Positions 11,827-25,000 of a stretch of 64,000 nucleotides of DNA are shown piece by piece. Below the pieces are notes generated by a model that worked only from the letters and a program-made list of their open reading frames with translations, had not been told where the DNA came from and searched no databases. The number at the start of each line of letters is the position of its first letter. The stretch's first letter is position 1. Source of the stretch: Mobula birostris (taxonomy: Eukaryota); NCBI RefSeq assembly GCF_030028105.1, contig NC_092379.1:28513821-28577820 (forward strand), given 5' to 3'. The position numbers and the translations under genes were made by a program.

Positions 11827-12257
11827 ATACTCATTGCACAGAGATAGATGCCAGTGTCCGTCACAAGAGCTTTAACGATATTCAGTTGAGCGGTCTTACT
11901 GCCTTTCTGCAAACTAGCGGTAAATGTCACTGGGGAATCAGGATGCCGCTCTATTCTTCCTGTGCTATACACCTTCAGCAAATACTTTGGAGATCCTGCA
12001 CTATGTTGAATGTACCAAAAGATATCTTCATCAGCAAAAGTGTAATTACAAATCATTGTTATGGTCTGCCCTTCCATAACAGTTACGTCGGGAGGGTTCT
12101 GCGTCACTGCATCTATCCCAGACGATCCTGCAAGAAAGGACGGAATACATTAACATCGTTAGCTTGTATTGAACACCGGAAAATTCGCGAGCCACCTTAG
12201 CAGAGACTCACCAGGCAGCACAGCCAATGAAATCAGTATCGAACAGAGGGAAATCAT
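11827..12257 (-). CDS. TCR alpha/delta-type V segment B1, apparently intact (leader 12212-12257, V exon 11827-12127)
   Basis: MISLCSILISLAVLPG|SSGIDAVTQNPPDVTVMEGQTITMICNYTFADEDIFWYIQHSAGSPKYLLKVYSTGRIERHPDSPVTFTASLQKGSKTAQLNIVKALVTDTGIYLCAMS; canonical splice sites, 84-nt intron. Confidence 0.9.
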
Positions 12258-12659
12258 CGTGTATAATTTGTCTCTGAATCGAACAGCCGATTCCTTTCAG
12301 GACGGAATTCTAACAGATATTGTGGCGTGAGATGATTTCAGCGGTACCTTTCACCTTGTGTAAGATCGGGGGCGATTCCCTGTTTAAAGGATTCGCTGAC
12401 AGAAGGAACCGAGACTTTCTGAGCACCAAACGGAATGTGCTTTGTTTCCATAGCGTCATTCTGCGTATTTATTTGCTCTATCCTGGTACCACTTTCCTCT
12501 TCCTCCTCCCCCCCCCCAGCTCATTCTGTCTCTCTCTCGCCTCTCTCTCTCTGTCTCTCTCTCCCTCTTCTATCTATCTCCTCCCTCTTTTGCATGGAAT
12601 CCCTGTGGATGTTCCTGACTGGCAAACATTTTCCTCGTACAGGTATGTTCCTCTTCATA

Positions 12660-13240
12660 ACACAACACAACAAAGCCGCATTCCCCAGATTAACATAACA
12701 AAGACGCCATTTTAATTAGTCTCCGCAGTAACATAAAAATCGAAACCCCCTTACAGTTAAATCGAGGATCAAAAGTTCGACTTCTGATTTTCTCCCCGCT
12801 AAGACATAATATCACCTGGGAAAACCATTGTATCAAAGTGGGAGCAGAAGCATCTTTCCATTTTAATAAAATAGCCCTTCTTGCCAATAGTGCGACTAAT
12901 GCATTTACGTATTGGTGTGATATAGAAACACCGTGATTATATTGAAGGATTATACCGAACAAAACTGTCAATTTATTAAGTTGTAAATTAATTTTTAAAG
13001 CTTTAGAAATTAAAAAAAATAGTTTTCGAGAACTGTTTGAATGCAGAACACAACAAAAACATATGTGTCAATATAGCTGTCTCAATTTTACATCTACCAC
13101 ACTGACTATTAACATTAGGAAATATTTTAGACAGTCGCTCCTTTGTCCAACAATAACGACGTACAATTTTAAATTGAATTAAAGAGTGACTGGCAAAAAT
13201 CGAAGAAGAGTTAACCAAAATTCGCAACGAATCCTCTGTT
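12660..13240 (-). mobile_element. L1/Tx1-type LINE ORF2 C-terminal fragment
   Basis: IQFKIVRRYCWTKERLSKIFPNVNSQCGRCKIETAILTHMFLLC and LARRAILLKWKDASAPTLIQW match the C-terminal Cys-His region of L1-clade ORF2. Confidence 0.75.
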
Positions 13241-13857
13241 ATCAAGGTCTTGTTAGCTATTTCTTTCGCTTTCTCTTGCTCTTTATTTACACATCCTCCC
13301 TTTCCATTTCTCATGTTCTGTCCATACCCTACATTCAATTTCACTTGCTTGCACTCTCTTTCCGCCCTGCCTCACCTTTCCTCTCTCTCTCATTCAACTG
13401 ATTGCTCACTCGACCACTACACCTTTCACTCATTCACTTCTTCATTGCTCTCTGCACCGCCATCGATCATTTACATTCCCTGAATTTCTATCGCTTTTTT
13501 TCTCTAGGTCTCTCTCTCCCTCATTCATCTCCGCCATTCCCCCTCAATTTCTACCACGTTATCCCCCTTTCTTAAAACCCAATCTAAACATAATGTACAT
13601 TATCCATCTTCCTCTCCTCGGCGGTCAATAAGAAATGATACGCCCCTGAAGACGGAAAGAAATAGGAAAGTCTTTGCTCGGTGGTTGTGAACGGCGGTTG
13701 GTGAAGGTGTTGAATCAATTCTCGCTTTGGCACTGAAGACTTAAGTAGGCCTGTCCAGAGAGGGTATATTTTTGCCAGTGTCCTCTAGATGGGCCTTATT
13801 GAATGTTGCCGGTGAGGCCTAGGGCGTCCCCTAGAGCTAGACGCCAGGGTGTTTTTT

Positions 13858-14303
13858 TTCTTTGGTCCAATCCCGCCGTCACCTTGTAACAGGATGGGCA
13901 GAAAGGCACAAGGATAAATGGTGGAAATTGGCAGAGTCTCGGAAATATTTAAATGATACTGTTGGCCTTTTTTTGTTCATCGAACCCGAAACCCTTAACG
14001 GAACGCCTTCAGACTGAACTGCATTTCCATTCCAGAATAGAATAAACAATATTATCAGAGATTTTCCAGAATTTTATCAGCTTCCGTCTAGCTGCATCTC
14101 AGTGACGTTGTCTCTCATTCATCGACCATTAATTCCCGCCGAACCTGAGTCACCGAGGTTCCCCACTTGTATCTGTTAAACCTGGCAGAGTGGGTCAGCG
14201 GAGCCGAATCGCACTGACCACGTAGGACAAGCGCTAATCGATTAAGTCGGGACACACCAGGGAGAGCAACCGTTAGGATCATCGACCAGCACAGGAGAAA
14301 CAT
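13858..14303 (-). pseudogene. V pseudogene D1 with leader, intron and decayed 23-RSS
   Basis: Leader MFLLCWSMILTVALPG (14258-14303), donor GTGTGT; exon SVTQVRRELMVDE*...SLRCS*...HLNISETLPISTIYPCAF; RSS CATCCTG-23-ACCAAAGAA at 13858-13896. Confidence 0.82.
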
Positions 14304-14919
14304 GTTGTCTGCATTAAATCAATAATAGGATTTTATGAAATTGTTACTCGAGAGAAGGTAATAGATTCAGTTCGGGGGCAGCGGAGACTCAGGTGGCCTA
14401 GAAAGCGTGTCTCTCGCACCTCATTTGTCACTTACTCAAGGTGTAGGATTATGGAACCAATCAGTACAATTATGTGTTCACAGAATCTCTCAGTTTCCCA
14501 CTCATGATCCACATCAACGATCTCCTTCTTGTAGTCTGACTCCTTCCCACACTGGCCCTCCTTGCTTTGTTTCTCTCCCGTAATTAACTTCTCAACTGTT
14601 TGTCACTCTTTTCTCCTATCTCTTTCCCCTTCTCTTTTCCTTTCACATTTTTGTTCTCCCTCTTTTTTACCCAATTTGCCATTGATTTCTCTATTCTGCT
14701 CCCTCTCTCTCACACACACACACTCGTGCACACACACATTCTCTCTCTCTCTCTCTCTCACTCTCTCTCTCACTCTCCCTCTCTATCGGTCGTTAGCTCT
14801 GTGCCACATGCAAGTACACAGTTTGTATAATGATGGTTATACGACGTTGAAATTCTGAAAGAGTTTGTTCACTTGTTTTACTGTTCTGTGAGGTGCCTGG
14901 AGACAATGCAGCGATTTAT

Positions 14920-15425
14920 ATCACGTAGAGCAATTGTGGGATATGTGCAGGCAACTGAACGTTGGATACTGATGTTATAGAATAGAGATGATACCTGGAA
15001 TGATGACATGGCCTGTATTTCTCCTCTTGCTAATGATTGTTACACTTTAAATCATCCCGGTTACATTGGTTGACTGTTCAGAAATTTGACCGCCATAGCT
15101 CACATTCTCAGTAAACAGAGCAGAAAGCATTCTGACGATAGTCAAGGGCAAATGCGAGAATTTCGTTCTTGTGTGGTTCCGTATTTAACAGGAAACTTGA
15201 CTCCCTCTCCACGAGGCACATCACGGAAGTATACGGAAACTTGACTCCCTCTCCACGAGGCACATCACGGAAGCTTTATTCGGAGTGCAGTGGCTCTCCT
15301 CGGAGCAGATGCTTAGGGAGGTTCGGTGTTTATAAGGCTGAAGATGCTGCCTGCCAAAATAACCATATGCATTGAACAGTTCGCATCTGTGTTGCAGAGA
15401 GAAGGATAAGCAGTATTGGACATAT
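14920..15425 (-). pseudogene. V fossil family Q, copy 2
   Basis: Paralog of 2800-3272; has a 44-nt-period tandem duplication at 15191-15273. Confidence 0.45.
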
Positions 15426-16168
15426 ATAATTTTGAGGTGCCTTACCCAGTGGACCAAGGACACTTCTCCTGGCAAAAGCAGCCGGAGTGCTGAGACTTCC
15501 ACAGGATTGAGAGACATTGCCTTTAGAATTTGGGCTGAATAGGATGGAATCAGAATAGGAAAGGTATGCAGCCTGCGACCAGATAGGGGACGGCTAGCGG
15601 GACGCTGGGGGGATGGGTGTCGAAATCGGTTATCAAGTGGAGATCGGAGTAGGAGTGGAAAGAAAATAGCTCGAAGGGGGTTGGAGCTTTTTGGACAGGA
15701 AGGATTTTCTGAGGGGAATTGCGTTGATCAGAAAGAGAGACAGGGAACGGCATTGCCGGAACATTTGAACATTGAGAAATAAAACTTAATAACGTAGTTT
15801 TGCAGGTACGCCATGGGAAAATACAGTGCAGTTCCTTCAGTTTGCATTTTGCCTCGTGCTGCTGTTGGTGGAAGCCGGCAAGGTCCGACTCTCCCTTTAT
15901 ATCAAACCGCTATCCTCGTCTGTGCATCTTTCGGTCTTCCTCCCCTTCGAGTTCGAAACTGTAAGCAAATAAAGAAAAGCAATAAACAACGTCTTTTCTG
16001 AGCATAGGAGTCGGGTGTTCAATCGTTTGTGCCCTAACGGTGTTATCTTCATAGGGCTCTGTCCTGGGAAGGTGTGAAGGTGCCTGGGTCTTGTGGCTGG
16101 GCTCACGTTGATGTGCAGGTTAGGCTGAGATCACCCTCTGGTATCAGAGTTCACTGCAGTCACGATAT

Positions 16169-16484
16169 ATTTTTTGTCCATATCCGCCTTCATCCCCAGT
16201 CTCTGTGGGCTAATTTGTGCATAGCTGCAGCGCAGAAATCCACACAAGAACTCCGGAGATAGTTTCCAACTGGAAATGCGAATACTTGACAGGGTTGTCT
16301 TTAGACCGAGCCATTTATGCGAGGATGAACATTGTAAATGATTTTCTAAAGTTTCCATGATGTTGACTGTTCTACAGGTAGGCAAAGGCAGTTCCTGAGT
16401 AATTTCAGTGCAGCGACATTTTCCGTCCTTCCTAAATCAATAATTCCTTCAGAATCTTGCTCAACTTATAGTCCCCATTCGTAC
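16169..16484 (-). pseudogene. V pseudogene exon with 23-RSS (copy of 3995-4310)
   Basis: Same three stop codons as copy 1; RSS CACAGAG-23-ACAAAAAAT at 16169-16207. Confidence 0.8.
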
Positions 16485-16499
16485 CTCTAAACATCTCAA

Positions 16500-18110
16500 A
16501 GTTTGTGAGGGGGGCTGGATCCTTATGGGTTGTGATCAGAAACTGCAAGTGTTAAGGACCCCTGCTGGAAGCTATAAATAAGCCTCCCGACAGTATCTAG
16601 AATGAGGATTACAGATTACAAAAGGAAATAGAAACGGCATTTTAAAAGAGTAAGGTTATGATAGTCATGGGGGATCTCAACATGCAGGTTGATTGGGAAA
16701 GTCAGGTCGGATATGTATCTCGAGAGTGAGTTTTTTGAATGCCTATGAAGCGACATTTTAGAGTAGATTGTCCATCACCCTACAAGGCGATCAGTTGTAC
16801 AGGATTCGGTGTTGTGCAATGAACGGGAGATAATTAGTGACCTTAGGATAAAAGAACAATTTCAAGGCAGCGATCACGATATGAATGAGTTCAACTTGAA
16901 ATTTGCCAGTTTGACGAAGCGGTATTTCGGCACAGTAAAGGAAATTTCAGTGGTGAGAGAAGAGTTGGTCAACGGTTTCATAGTGGAGGACGTGGATGGG
17001 CAAGCTGCAAAGGAAGTCAACAGAGCAGTAAAGGCGTGAATTTCTGGGGGAAATGAGAAAGGCGGCCGATAGCTGTATCCAAAAATGATGAAGTACGCAA
17101 ATGGAAAGGTAGTGCAACCGTGGCTGACACGGGGAGTCAAAGCTAATATAAAAGCATAAGAGCGGGTATACAAGAAAGCAAAAGTTAGTAACAAGGCAGA
17201 GGATTAGGATGTTTTCAAAACCCTAAAGTACAACTGAAAGAATCATTAGGAGGAAAAAGATGATATCTGAGCACAAGATAGCAAACAATAACAAGATGGA
17301 TGGTAAAAGGTTATTTTCAGGAATGTAAAAATATAAAAGTGAGATCAGAGTGCATATAGAAAGTAAGAAAATAGAGCGGAAGAAATAATGCTGGGGGACA
17401 AGTTGATGGCAGATGAACGATTTCAGTATTTCGCATCAGGCTTCACTGTGCAAGACCCGAGCATTGTGTCAGTCTTTGAAGGGTGCAAAGGAAGACATGC
17501 GAGTGCAATAACAGTTATAAGGGCGAAGGTCCTCAAAACGCTGAAGGACGGAAGGGTACATAACTCAACGGAACCAGATGAACTATAACCTGGTGGTAGC
17601 GGTAGAGATTGCGGAGGGATTAGGAATGATGTTTCAAAATCATTGTCAATGATATAGGTGATGGAATAGATGGCTGTGTTCCCAAGTTTGGAGATGATAC
17701 AAAGATTGATGGAAGGATAAGTCTTTCCTGGAGATGATTAGGAGAATGGGCAAGAGAGTGACAGACTAAGTACAATTTACCAAAATGCATGTCATGCACA
17801 TTGGTATAAGAAATAAATGTGCAGACTATTTTGTAAGCGGGGAGAAAATGCAAAAATATACGATGCAAAGAGACCTGGAGGATAATAGTGCAGAAGACCC
17901 TGACGGTTAACTTGTAGGTAAAGTCGATGTGAGGAAGGCAAATAAAATCTTAGCATTCATTTCTAGATGTCCAGAATACATGGGCAGAGATATAATGCAA
18001 AGGATTTATAAGACACGTCAGGCCTCACCTTGAGCATTCTGAACAGTTTTGGGTTCCTATTCTAACAATGATGTGCTGGCCTTGAAAAGGGTTCAGAGGA
18101 AATTCACAAG
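16500..18110 (+). mobile_element. CR1 ORF2 fragments
   Basis: Paralog of 4320-5790. Confidence 0.8.
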
Positions 18111-18264
18111 GACGACCCAGTCAGTCCCGCAAGCAAAGCAGCGTTCCAAGTAACTGAAAAATGTAGTCAGTAATTTCTCCCCTTCCCCTGGAGGTTTGCC
18201 TTCTTAAGTCAATCACGTGACAGTGGTGGATATGTGTTTGCGCCCCGGCTGTTTTCCGGCAAAG

Positions 18265-18279
18265 GCCTCCCTCTAGCGA
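18265..18279 (-). promoter_or_regulatory. CTCF-consensus motif 3' of A2 RSS
   Basis: Minus TCGCTAGAGGGAGGC, 23 nt beyond the nonamer; CACGTG at 18214-18219. Confidence 0.55.
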
Positions 18280-18302
18280 GTGCTCACTGTATCACGGAGG
18301 TC

Positions 18303-18341
18303 GGATTTTGTCTCTAGCCGTCATCACCTTGCAACACTGTG
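18303..18341 (-). other. 23-RSS of A2
   Basis: Perfect CACAGTG + 23 nt + ACAAAATCC. Confidence 0.93.
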
Positions 18342-18773
18342 GGCAGCATGGCACAAAGATAAACAGCGGAGTCCGACACAAGAGTAGCAGAGATGTTCAA
18401 ATGGGCTGCCTTGCTGCCACGCTGCCAACCAGCGGTAAACCTCTCTGGACATTCAAGATGCCTTTCCATCTTGCTAGTGCTGTGTACCTTCAGCAAGTAT
18501 CTTGGAGATTCCACGCGATGCTGAACGTACCAAAAAATATTCAGAGGATCGCCAGTGTAATTACAGTTCAGTGTTACAATTTGTTCTTCAGCAATCGTTA
18601 ATTCAAGAAGCCACTGCGTCACCGAATCTTTACCATTTGATCCTGCAATAAAAGGACAGAATGCATGATCAGATCGGGATTTCTTCATACATACGGAACA
18701 AATATAGGCGGTTACCGCAGAGACTCACGGGCAGGATAGTCAATATAATCAGCAGATAACACAACGAATCCAT
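18342..18773 (-). pseudogene. V segment A2: open V exon (18342-18642) but 45-nt leader exon, so frameshifted on splicing
   Basis: Leader ends CTG CCC|GTGAG whereas A1 and A3 end CTG/ATG CCC G|GTGAG; V exon SNGKDSVTQWLLELTIAEEQIVTLNCNYT...YLCAML has no stop. Confidence 0.8.
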
Positions 18774-20219
18774 GGTGACTGGCTTCGAACTCGATCGAAA
18801 GACAGCTTACTTTCAATAAATGCATATCTTTGACCGATATTGAAGAGTAAAATCAAATTCTGCAGCACGTTTCACCTGACGTAAATCTGGGGGCGTTGCC
18901 CTGCCAATGGATTGATTCGCTGTGAGCACACATCTGCGCCGGTCCGAGCACCAATCACAGTTCGTTTTGTTCAGGTTCTCTACATGCTTTTATAAATCCG
19001 ACGCCCGGAGCTGTAAGTCGCGTCGAGCTAACCACTGTGCGAGAGAGTGGTTATGCTTCACTCTCTCTCTCTCTCTCTTGCACTCTTCTTCCAGTGAGGC
19101 TTCCATCTTATTTCTCTCTCCCCACGATGTTTATCGCTCTACCCTCTGTTCTGTCGATCACCATCTCTCGCTCTCTCACTTCTTCATTTCTCTTACGTCT
19201 CCCCGAGTTACCACTTTGTCATTCCATCATACCAAACCGCCCACTTTCTCCCCCCATTTTACTCACCATATTAACCGCCCACCGTTTTCGCTGGATATCA
19301 CTTCCTCTGCTCACTCGCAAACCGTATTTCACACTCATACGAATTTATCTTCACATTTCTCCCCTCCGGCAAACGGGCGAAATGCCGCTGAGGCAGATAA
19401 TAAGAAAAAACGTCTTCACTCGGGAGAACGGGGAATGTGATTTGTGTGCTAGTCTCTTGTCTCTCTGCGCTTCAGTGTTTTCTGTCCAGGAAAGTTGTTG
19501 TCGCTTGAGTGTTCTGGATGGACGAGAGTTGGATGAAAACATTGCAGATGCTGAAAATCCAACGCAACTCACAAAACTCTGGAGGAAGTCGGTAGGTTTG
19601 GCAAAATCTGGGGAAAATGTAAATAGTCGACGTTTCGGACCGAGACTCCTCTTCGGGACTGAGAAATAAGGAGGGAGATACATATTAATATGTGGCGGGG
19701 GTCATGAAAGAGGCTGACTGAAAGGCGATAGTTGAAACCAGGTAGCTGGGAAAAGCCAAGGGCTGTAGAAGAAATAAACTGATTATCTTATTAAGGCATG
19801 ATCTTATTCAATTGCGGAGCAGGTTCGATGGGTCAAATGGCATACTCCTAGACTTATGTCTTATGGTCTTATGTTCTGCCATTCCACGGTCAATAATTTC
19901 CTCACGTCCTGAGTTACCGAATTTACCCCACTTGTATCTGTAACAAATCTCGGAGAACGTGAGTGGCGCCGAATCGTAATGACGGATTAGAACACGCGCA
20001 AACTGATGAAGAAGAAATTATCCAGACAGAGCAGCCATTTTAATCAGCAAAAAAACACGAGAGTGATACGGTGTCACTCACATCAACAATAGTATTTTAT
20101 CAAACTGTGATTCAAGTGAAGGTAATTACGTCATGACCGGTGCATCAGATGCTCGGGGGAGACACGTGCCCGTCCTCTCGAACCGGATTGGTATATTGCC
20201 TATGATGTACCTTCGACTC

Positions 20220-22010
20220 GACAGGCGTGTTGGGTCTGGGTCAGCCTTTCCTAGGGCTTCATTTTACCCCTCTGATTTTACATAGAGTAGTAGATGGCTG
20301 TTGTGTTCTCTTCATGTCAGATGTTGGAGACCTGGGAGATCCAAAGTCTCCAGCGAGCTACATCTGCAAGGAAAGCATTTGGCTGAAGCTCCTTAAAGAC
20401 CATGGGAGGGATCTGGCGTGAGCAGCTCAATGAACTTCAGCTTGTACAGCAGTGTGAGAAGGTAATAGATCGGAGTCATAAAGAAGCAGCCACCTCGAAG
20501 CTGCAAGAAGTAAGTGGCTATTGGACTATTAGGAAAATTGGAACTGTGAATAGACAGTTAGCACAGTGCACACCTGTGGTCATTCCTGTCAATAGTAAGA
20601 ATATTTTTCTGCATACCGATGTGGGGGATGAACTCCCAAGGGAATGCTAGAGAGTCAGGGCTACTGCAACGCAGAATAGGTCTGTGCTGCAGATAGGAAA
20701 GAGGGAGCAGAACGGAGCGGTAGCGATAGGGGACTCACCAATCATGGGAACAAAGAGTAGATTCTGCGGACGTGAGCACAGCACCCTGATGGTATTCTGC
20801 CTCCGACATGTTAGTTTCGAATCGCGTCAACGGCATTTTAGAGAGGGAGGAGCAGCATCCAGATGTCATGGTACAGATTGGCACCAATGACACACAAAGG
20901 AAAAACAAAGATATCCTGAAAAGTGCATTTGCAAAGCAAAGAAGAAGGCACTAGCAGATGCTGACGGGTACGTGGGATGTGCAGTTACTGTTATAGGGTT
21001 CAAAGAGCCGAAAGAGCTAAGTCACCCGCACCAGATGAACTGCAACCGCAGGTTCCGAAAGAAGTACTGGTAAAGATTATGGCGATATTATTAATGATCT
21101 TTCAAAATTATTGTACTGTGGCATGGTGCCAGTGGAATGCAAAATTGGAAAAGTCGCTCTACTCTTTAAGAAAAGAAGAAACTAAAGATCTGTTAGCCTG
21201 ATCTCAGTGGTTGGGAATATGATGGATTCAATTGTAAAGGATGAAGTTATGGAGTATTTCGTGACACAGGTCCAGAACGGGAAAAGTCAGTATGGTTTCC
21301 TTCAGGAAAATATTACCTGACGGTCATGTTGCAATTATTTGAGGAGACTACACGTAAGTCAGATAAAGTGGGTGCAATGGATGTTGTATGTGAGGAGTTT
21401 CATAAGGCCTTTGGCGCTTAAAACACTGACGCGTAAAACACTAGTGAAGCCCCACTTTGTGTATTGTGAACAGTTTTGGGTTCCTCATTGAAGAATACGT
21501 CTGCACGCACTGGAGGGAGTTCAGAGGCGGTTCCCAAGGATGATTATATTAATGATTTTCATACGAGAAAAGTTCGAATTTTATGAATCTGTGTTCGCTG
21601 CAATTTAGAAGGATAAGCGGGATTTCACTGAATTCTTTTGAATGTTGAAAGGCCTAGACAGAGTGGATGTGTAAAGGATGTTTCATATCGTGGGGTAATT
21701 TAGGACAAGAGGGCAAAGCCTCAGGCAAGACGGCATCAACTGAATACAGAGATACGGAGAGATTCCATCAGCGCGAGTGTGGTAAATACGTTGCATTTAT
21801 TAGCCCGGGAAACTGTGGAGGACAGGTGGTTGGGTATACTTAAGGCAGAGCGTGAAATGTTTTTGACTGGCCACGGTATCAAAGGTTCCAAAGGGATGGC
21901 CGGGAGTGGGGCTGAGAAAGGATCAATCGATCAGCCATGATTTAAGAGCGGAGCAGATTCGGTGGGTCAAATGCCCCAATTCTTCTGCTAAGTTATATGG
22001 TCATACGGTC
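20220..22010 (+). mobile_element. Internally deleted CR1 LINE
   Basis: Paralog of 7850-10225 with a further internal deletion near 21415. Confidence 0.85.
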
Positions 22011-22237
22011 TTACCCTCTCTTTCAAAATGGGCAAGTTTTAGCGGACTTTCAATTTTTCACTCTCGACCCTCTTCCCGTGTCTTCTTCTTGCTGTATCCG
22101 TACCAGAATATGTCTCCTTCTCTTTATTGTATTCCTTTACCACTCTTATCACCTGTTTCTTCTCCTTTCTGCCCATTCTCTGTATCCCGTTCTTTCCGTT
22201 TATCTTTTATTTTTTCTTCCACTTTTCGTCTCAAACA

Positions 22238-22403
22238 NNNNNNNNNNNNNNNNNNNNNNNNNNNNNNNNNNNNNNNNNNNNNNNNNNNNNNNNNNNNNNN
22301 NNNNNNNNNNNNNNNNNNNNNNNNNNNNNNNNNNNNNNNNNNNNNNNNNNNNNNNNNNNNNNNNNNNNNNNNNNNNNNNNNNNNNNNNNNNNNNNNNNNN
22401 NNN
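22238..22403. other. N run, 166 nt
   Basis: Same position in the unit as 10477-10645. Confidence 0.98.
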
Positions 22404-22659
22404 CATGGATTCCGTCTGGATTCTCCTGACTGGCAAACATTATCCTCGCATAGGTGTATGCCTCCTCGTACGAAACTGTTACTAGGGGTTCTGAGTGTGT
22501 TGTAGCTCGTGTCCTTCTGAGCCTTCACCCTCTTGTAGCCTCTGAGCAGGGAAGTTGTGTGGTCTCAGGACGGGGCGTCGTTCGATGTTGAGCAGAGTGC
22601 GGTGAGCCGCGGGCTCCCACCGTTCCATGCGCCCATTGGACGCAGGATCTGTTCTGTCC

Positions 22660-22800
22660 AGATCGGCAATCGCACTATTATAGGGAGGGCTGATCATGCA
22701 AGTATACAGAGCGGAACCCGGCACAAAACCGCTGGAGATATTTGAATCCAAGTAGCAGCCATTTTATGTCCAAACAACTTGAAATGTTCACCGATATAGT
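22660..22800 (-). pseudogene. Fossil V FR3 remnant (family P)
   Basis: DSNISSGFVPGSALYTCMISP in ORF 22482-22751. Confidence 0.55.
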
Positions 22801-22884
22801 TTGCTAGTGAGTTTCGCTCTCAGAAGTCAACCACGTGATTCTTGCAAATATTTGGGTGCACCACTTCGGCTTTTCTATCACGAC

Positions 22885-22898
22885 CCGCCCTCTACCGG
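22885..22898 (-). promoter_or_regulatory. Orphan CTCF-consensus motif
   Basis: Minus CCGGTAGAGGGCGG, 14/14 to CCRSYAGRKGGCRS. Confidence 0.65.
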
Positions 22899-23532
22899 CG
22901 GTTCACTGCATCACACACCGCAGATACAGTATGTACTTTCAACATAAATTCACTTTGAACAATGACCATTTCTCACAGTCCGCGAATGCAACGACAAAAA
23001 TATAATTTGCATGCTCTATCACGCTAAACATCCGCAGGATCTGTCGCATTATCTGAATATTTAGCATAAATCATAATTAGCCACTGCAACATCCTTAATT
23101 TCAGCAGCATGGCACTTGCTGTCTTTGTCAAACTAAAAACAACGAATTTGTCCACGTTCTGTCTTCCCTTAGTCAACCACTGTCCTATTTAAATACAAAC
23201 AGTATATCGCAGGTCCACTCCGTCCTTATTACTTCTCTATGCCGAAGCTCGAACAATGTGACCAAACAAGACGACATAGTATGTTGCCAATCGTGATATG
23301 CCGTTGCAGCAAAGAAGGTGGGTAAATGCTCATTGCTGTATCCAGGAAATACATTATAAAGATCCAGTTTGGGTTTGCATTGTAGCCATGAACCGTTCCA
23401 TTACCTTCGCCGCCTTGTGTTGGTGATTGCAGCGCTCTTAAGCAGGGCCCGTGACCACGGCTGATTTCAGGGTGCGCCCTACCTTTTTTCCCGGCAAAAG
23501 ACGCCCTCCAGGGCGAGCGTTATACAGAACCG

Positions 23533-23571
23533 GTTTTTTGTCCGGACCAGCCGCCTTCAGGCAACAGCGTG
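23533..23571 (-). other. 23-RSS of B2
   Basis: CACGCTG + 23 nt + ACAAAAAAC. Confidence 0.85.
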
Positions 23572-24003
23572 ATATTCATTCCACAGAGATAGATGCCAGA
23601 GTCCGTCACAAGAGCTTTAACGATATTCAGTTGAGCCGTCTTGCTGTCTTTCTGCAAACTAGCGGTAAATGTCACTGAGCAATGAGGATGCCGTTCTATT
23701 CTTCCTGCGCTATACACCTTCAGCAAATACTTTGGAGATCCTGCACTATGTTGAATGTACCAAAAGATATCTTCACCAGCGTAAGTGTAATTACAAAGCA
23801 CTGTTATGGTCTGCCCTTCCTTAGCCGTTACGTCGGGAGGATCCTGCTACACTGAATGTTCCCCGGACGATCCTGCAAGAAAGGACCGAATACATTCACA
23901 TCGCTAGCTTGTATTGAACACCGGGAAAATTCGCAGCCCACCTTAGCAGAGACTCACCAGGCAGCACAGCCAAGGAAATCAGTAACGAACAGAGGGAAAT
24001 CAT
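23572..24003 (-). pseudogene. V segment B2 with one in-frame stop (leader 23958-24003, exon 23572-23872)
   Basis: GTG TAG CAG at 23847-23849 where B1 has GTG ACG CAG; rest open through ...DSGIYLCGMN. Confidence 0.88.
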
Positions 24004-24304
24004 CGGGTATGCTTTCTCTCTGAATCGAACAGCCGATTTCGTTCAGGACGTAATTATAACAGATATTGTTGCGTGAGTTTGTTTCAGCAGTACCTTTCAC
24101 CGTGTGTAAGATCGGGGGCTTTTCCCTGTTTAAAGGATTCGCTGGCTGAAAGAACCGATACTTTCTGAGCACCAATCAGAGTCTGTTCTATTTCCATAGC
24201 GTCATTCTGCCTATTTCTTTGCTCTATTCCCTGGTACCGCTTTCCTCTCACCGCCCCCCCCCCACCCCGCCCTCTCTCTGTTTCTCTCTCTCTCTGCCCC
24301 CCCT

Positions 24305-24362
<58 letters not shown>

Positions 24363-24629
24363 GTTGATCTCACTGGGAGTGATTACTGTCGATTCAGGGA
24401 TATCGGTACAAAAAGAGAGCTTTATAATGACTGTAACTTCGAAATAGCGACGGCTGTCTCCTCTCTCGTTTTTGAACCAGCCATATCAGTCTCTCATTTA
24501 TTAGTGTGTGAGAGAGAGAATGCCTATGAAACGATGAAATGTTGCAGTAAACAACTAGCTTTTCTTGTACTGTAGACAAATCCCGCTATGTGTATCTGGT
24601 TGCTTCGATGGTGGTGGCTAGTGGAAGTG

Positions 24630-25000
24630 CTGATGCTTTATGCTAGAATAAGTGAGAGAGGTAGAAGCTGTTGAGGTTAATGCTGCTTGCCACAGATTCT
24701 ACAAAGGATGTGGCAGGGGACGTTTAGGTTCTTAGCTTTATTCTGATATTGATGTTTTGTGTTTTTCTTCTGTTTGAAAAATATCTGCGGAGACTATAAA
24801 TATCAGACAGTGTATTGTGTACCTACTCCGATTTTAAAAGGATCCATGGAAACAAGCTGGGTATTCTTTTCGCTGTACCCTGAAACAACTGACAACAACA
24901 AATATGTTATAAACATAAACCAGTTCGATGTAACTGTGAGCATTTGCAAAGTGAAGGAATGTATCAGGTTGTCCATCATCAATTCATATAACATGGGTTG
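24630..25000 (-). pseudogene. Probable very old V fossil (family H)
   Basis: CCTG, then exactly 85 nt, then TTTCAG|GG TAC AGC GAA AAG AAT ACC CAG, matching the V intron length and exon start; paralogs ~47240-47480 and ~52560-52960. Confidence 0.4.

Larger units (their letters stand above)
2540..12500. repeat. Segmental duplication unit 1 (Q fossil, V fossil, CR1, A-type V, CR1, P fossil, B-type V)
   Basis: Near base-for-base colinear with ~14660-24245 and partly with ~36230-43710, including the same CR1 insertions. Confidence 0.92.
14660..24245. repeat. Segmental duplication unit 2
   Basis: Colinear copy of ~2540-12500 at an offset of ~12.1 kb. Confidence 0.92.

Noticed and set aside
19037-19669. 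Longest ORF (210 aa) as a novel gene
   Set aside because: Built from CT-rich and repeat sequence; paralogs at 6712-7200 and 38802-39140 do not keep the frame
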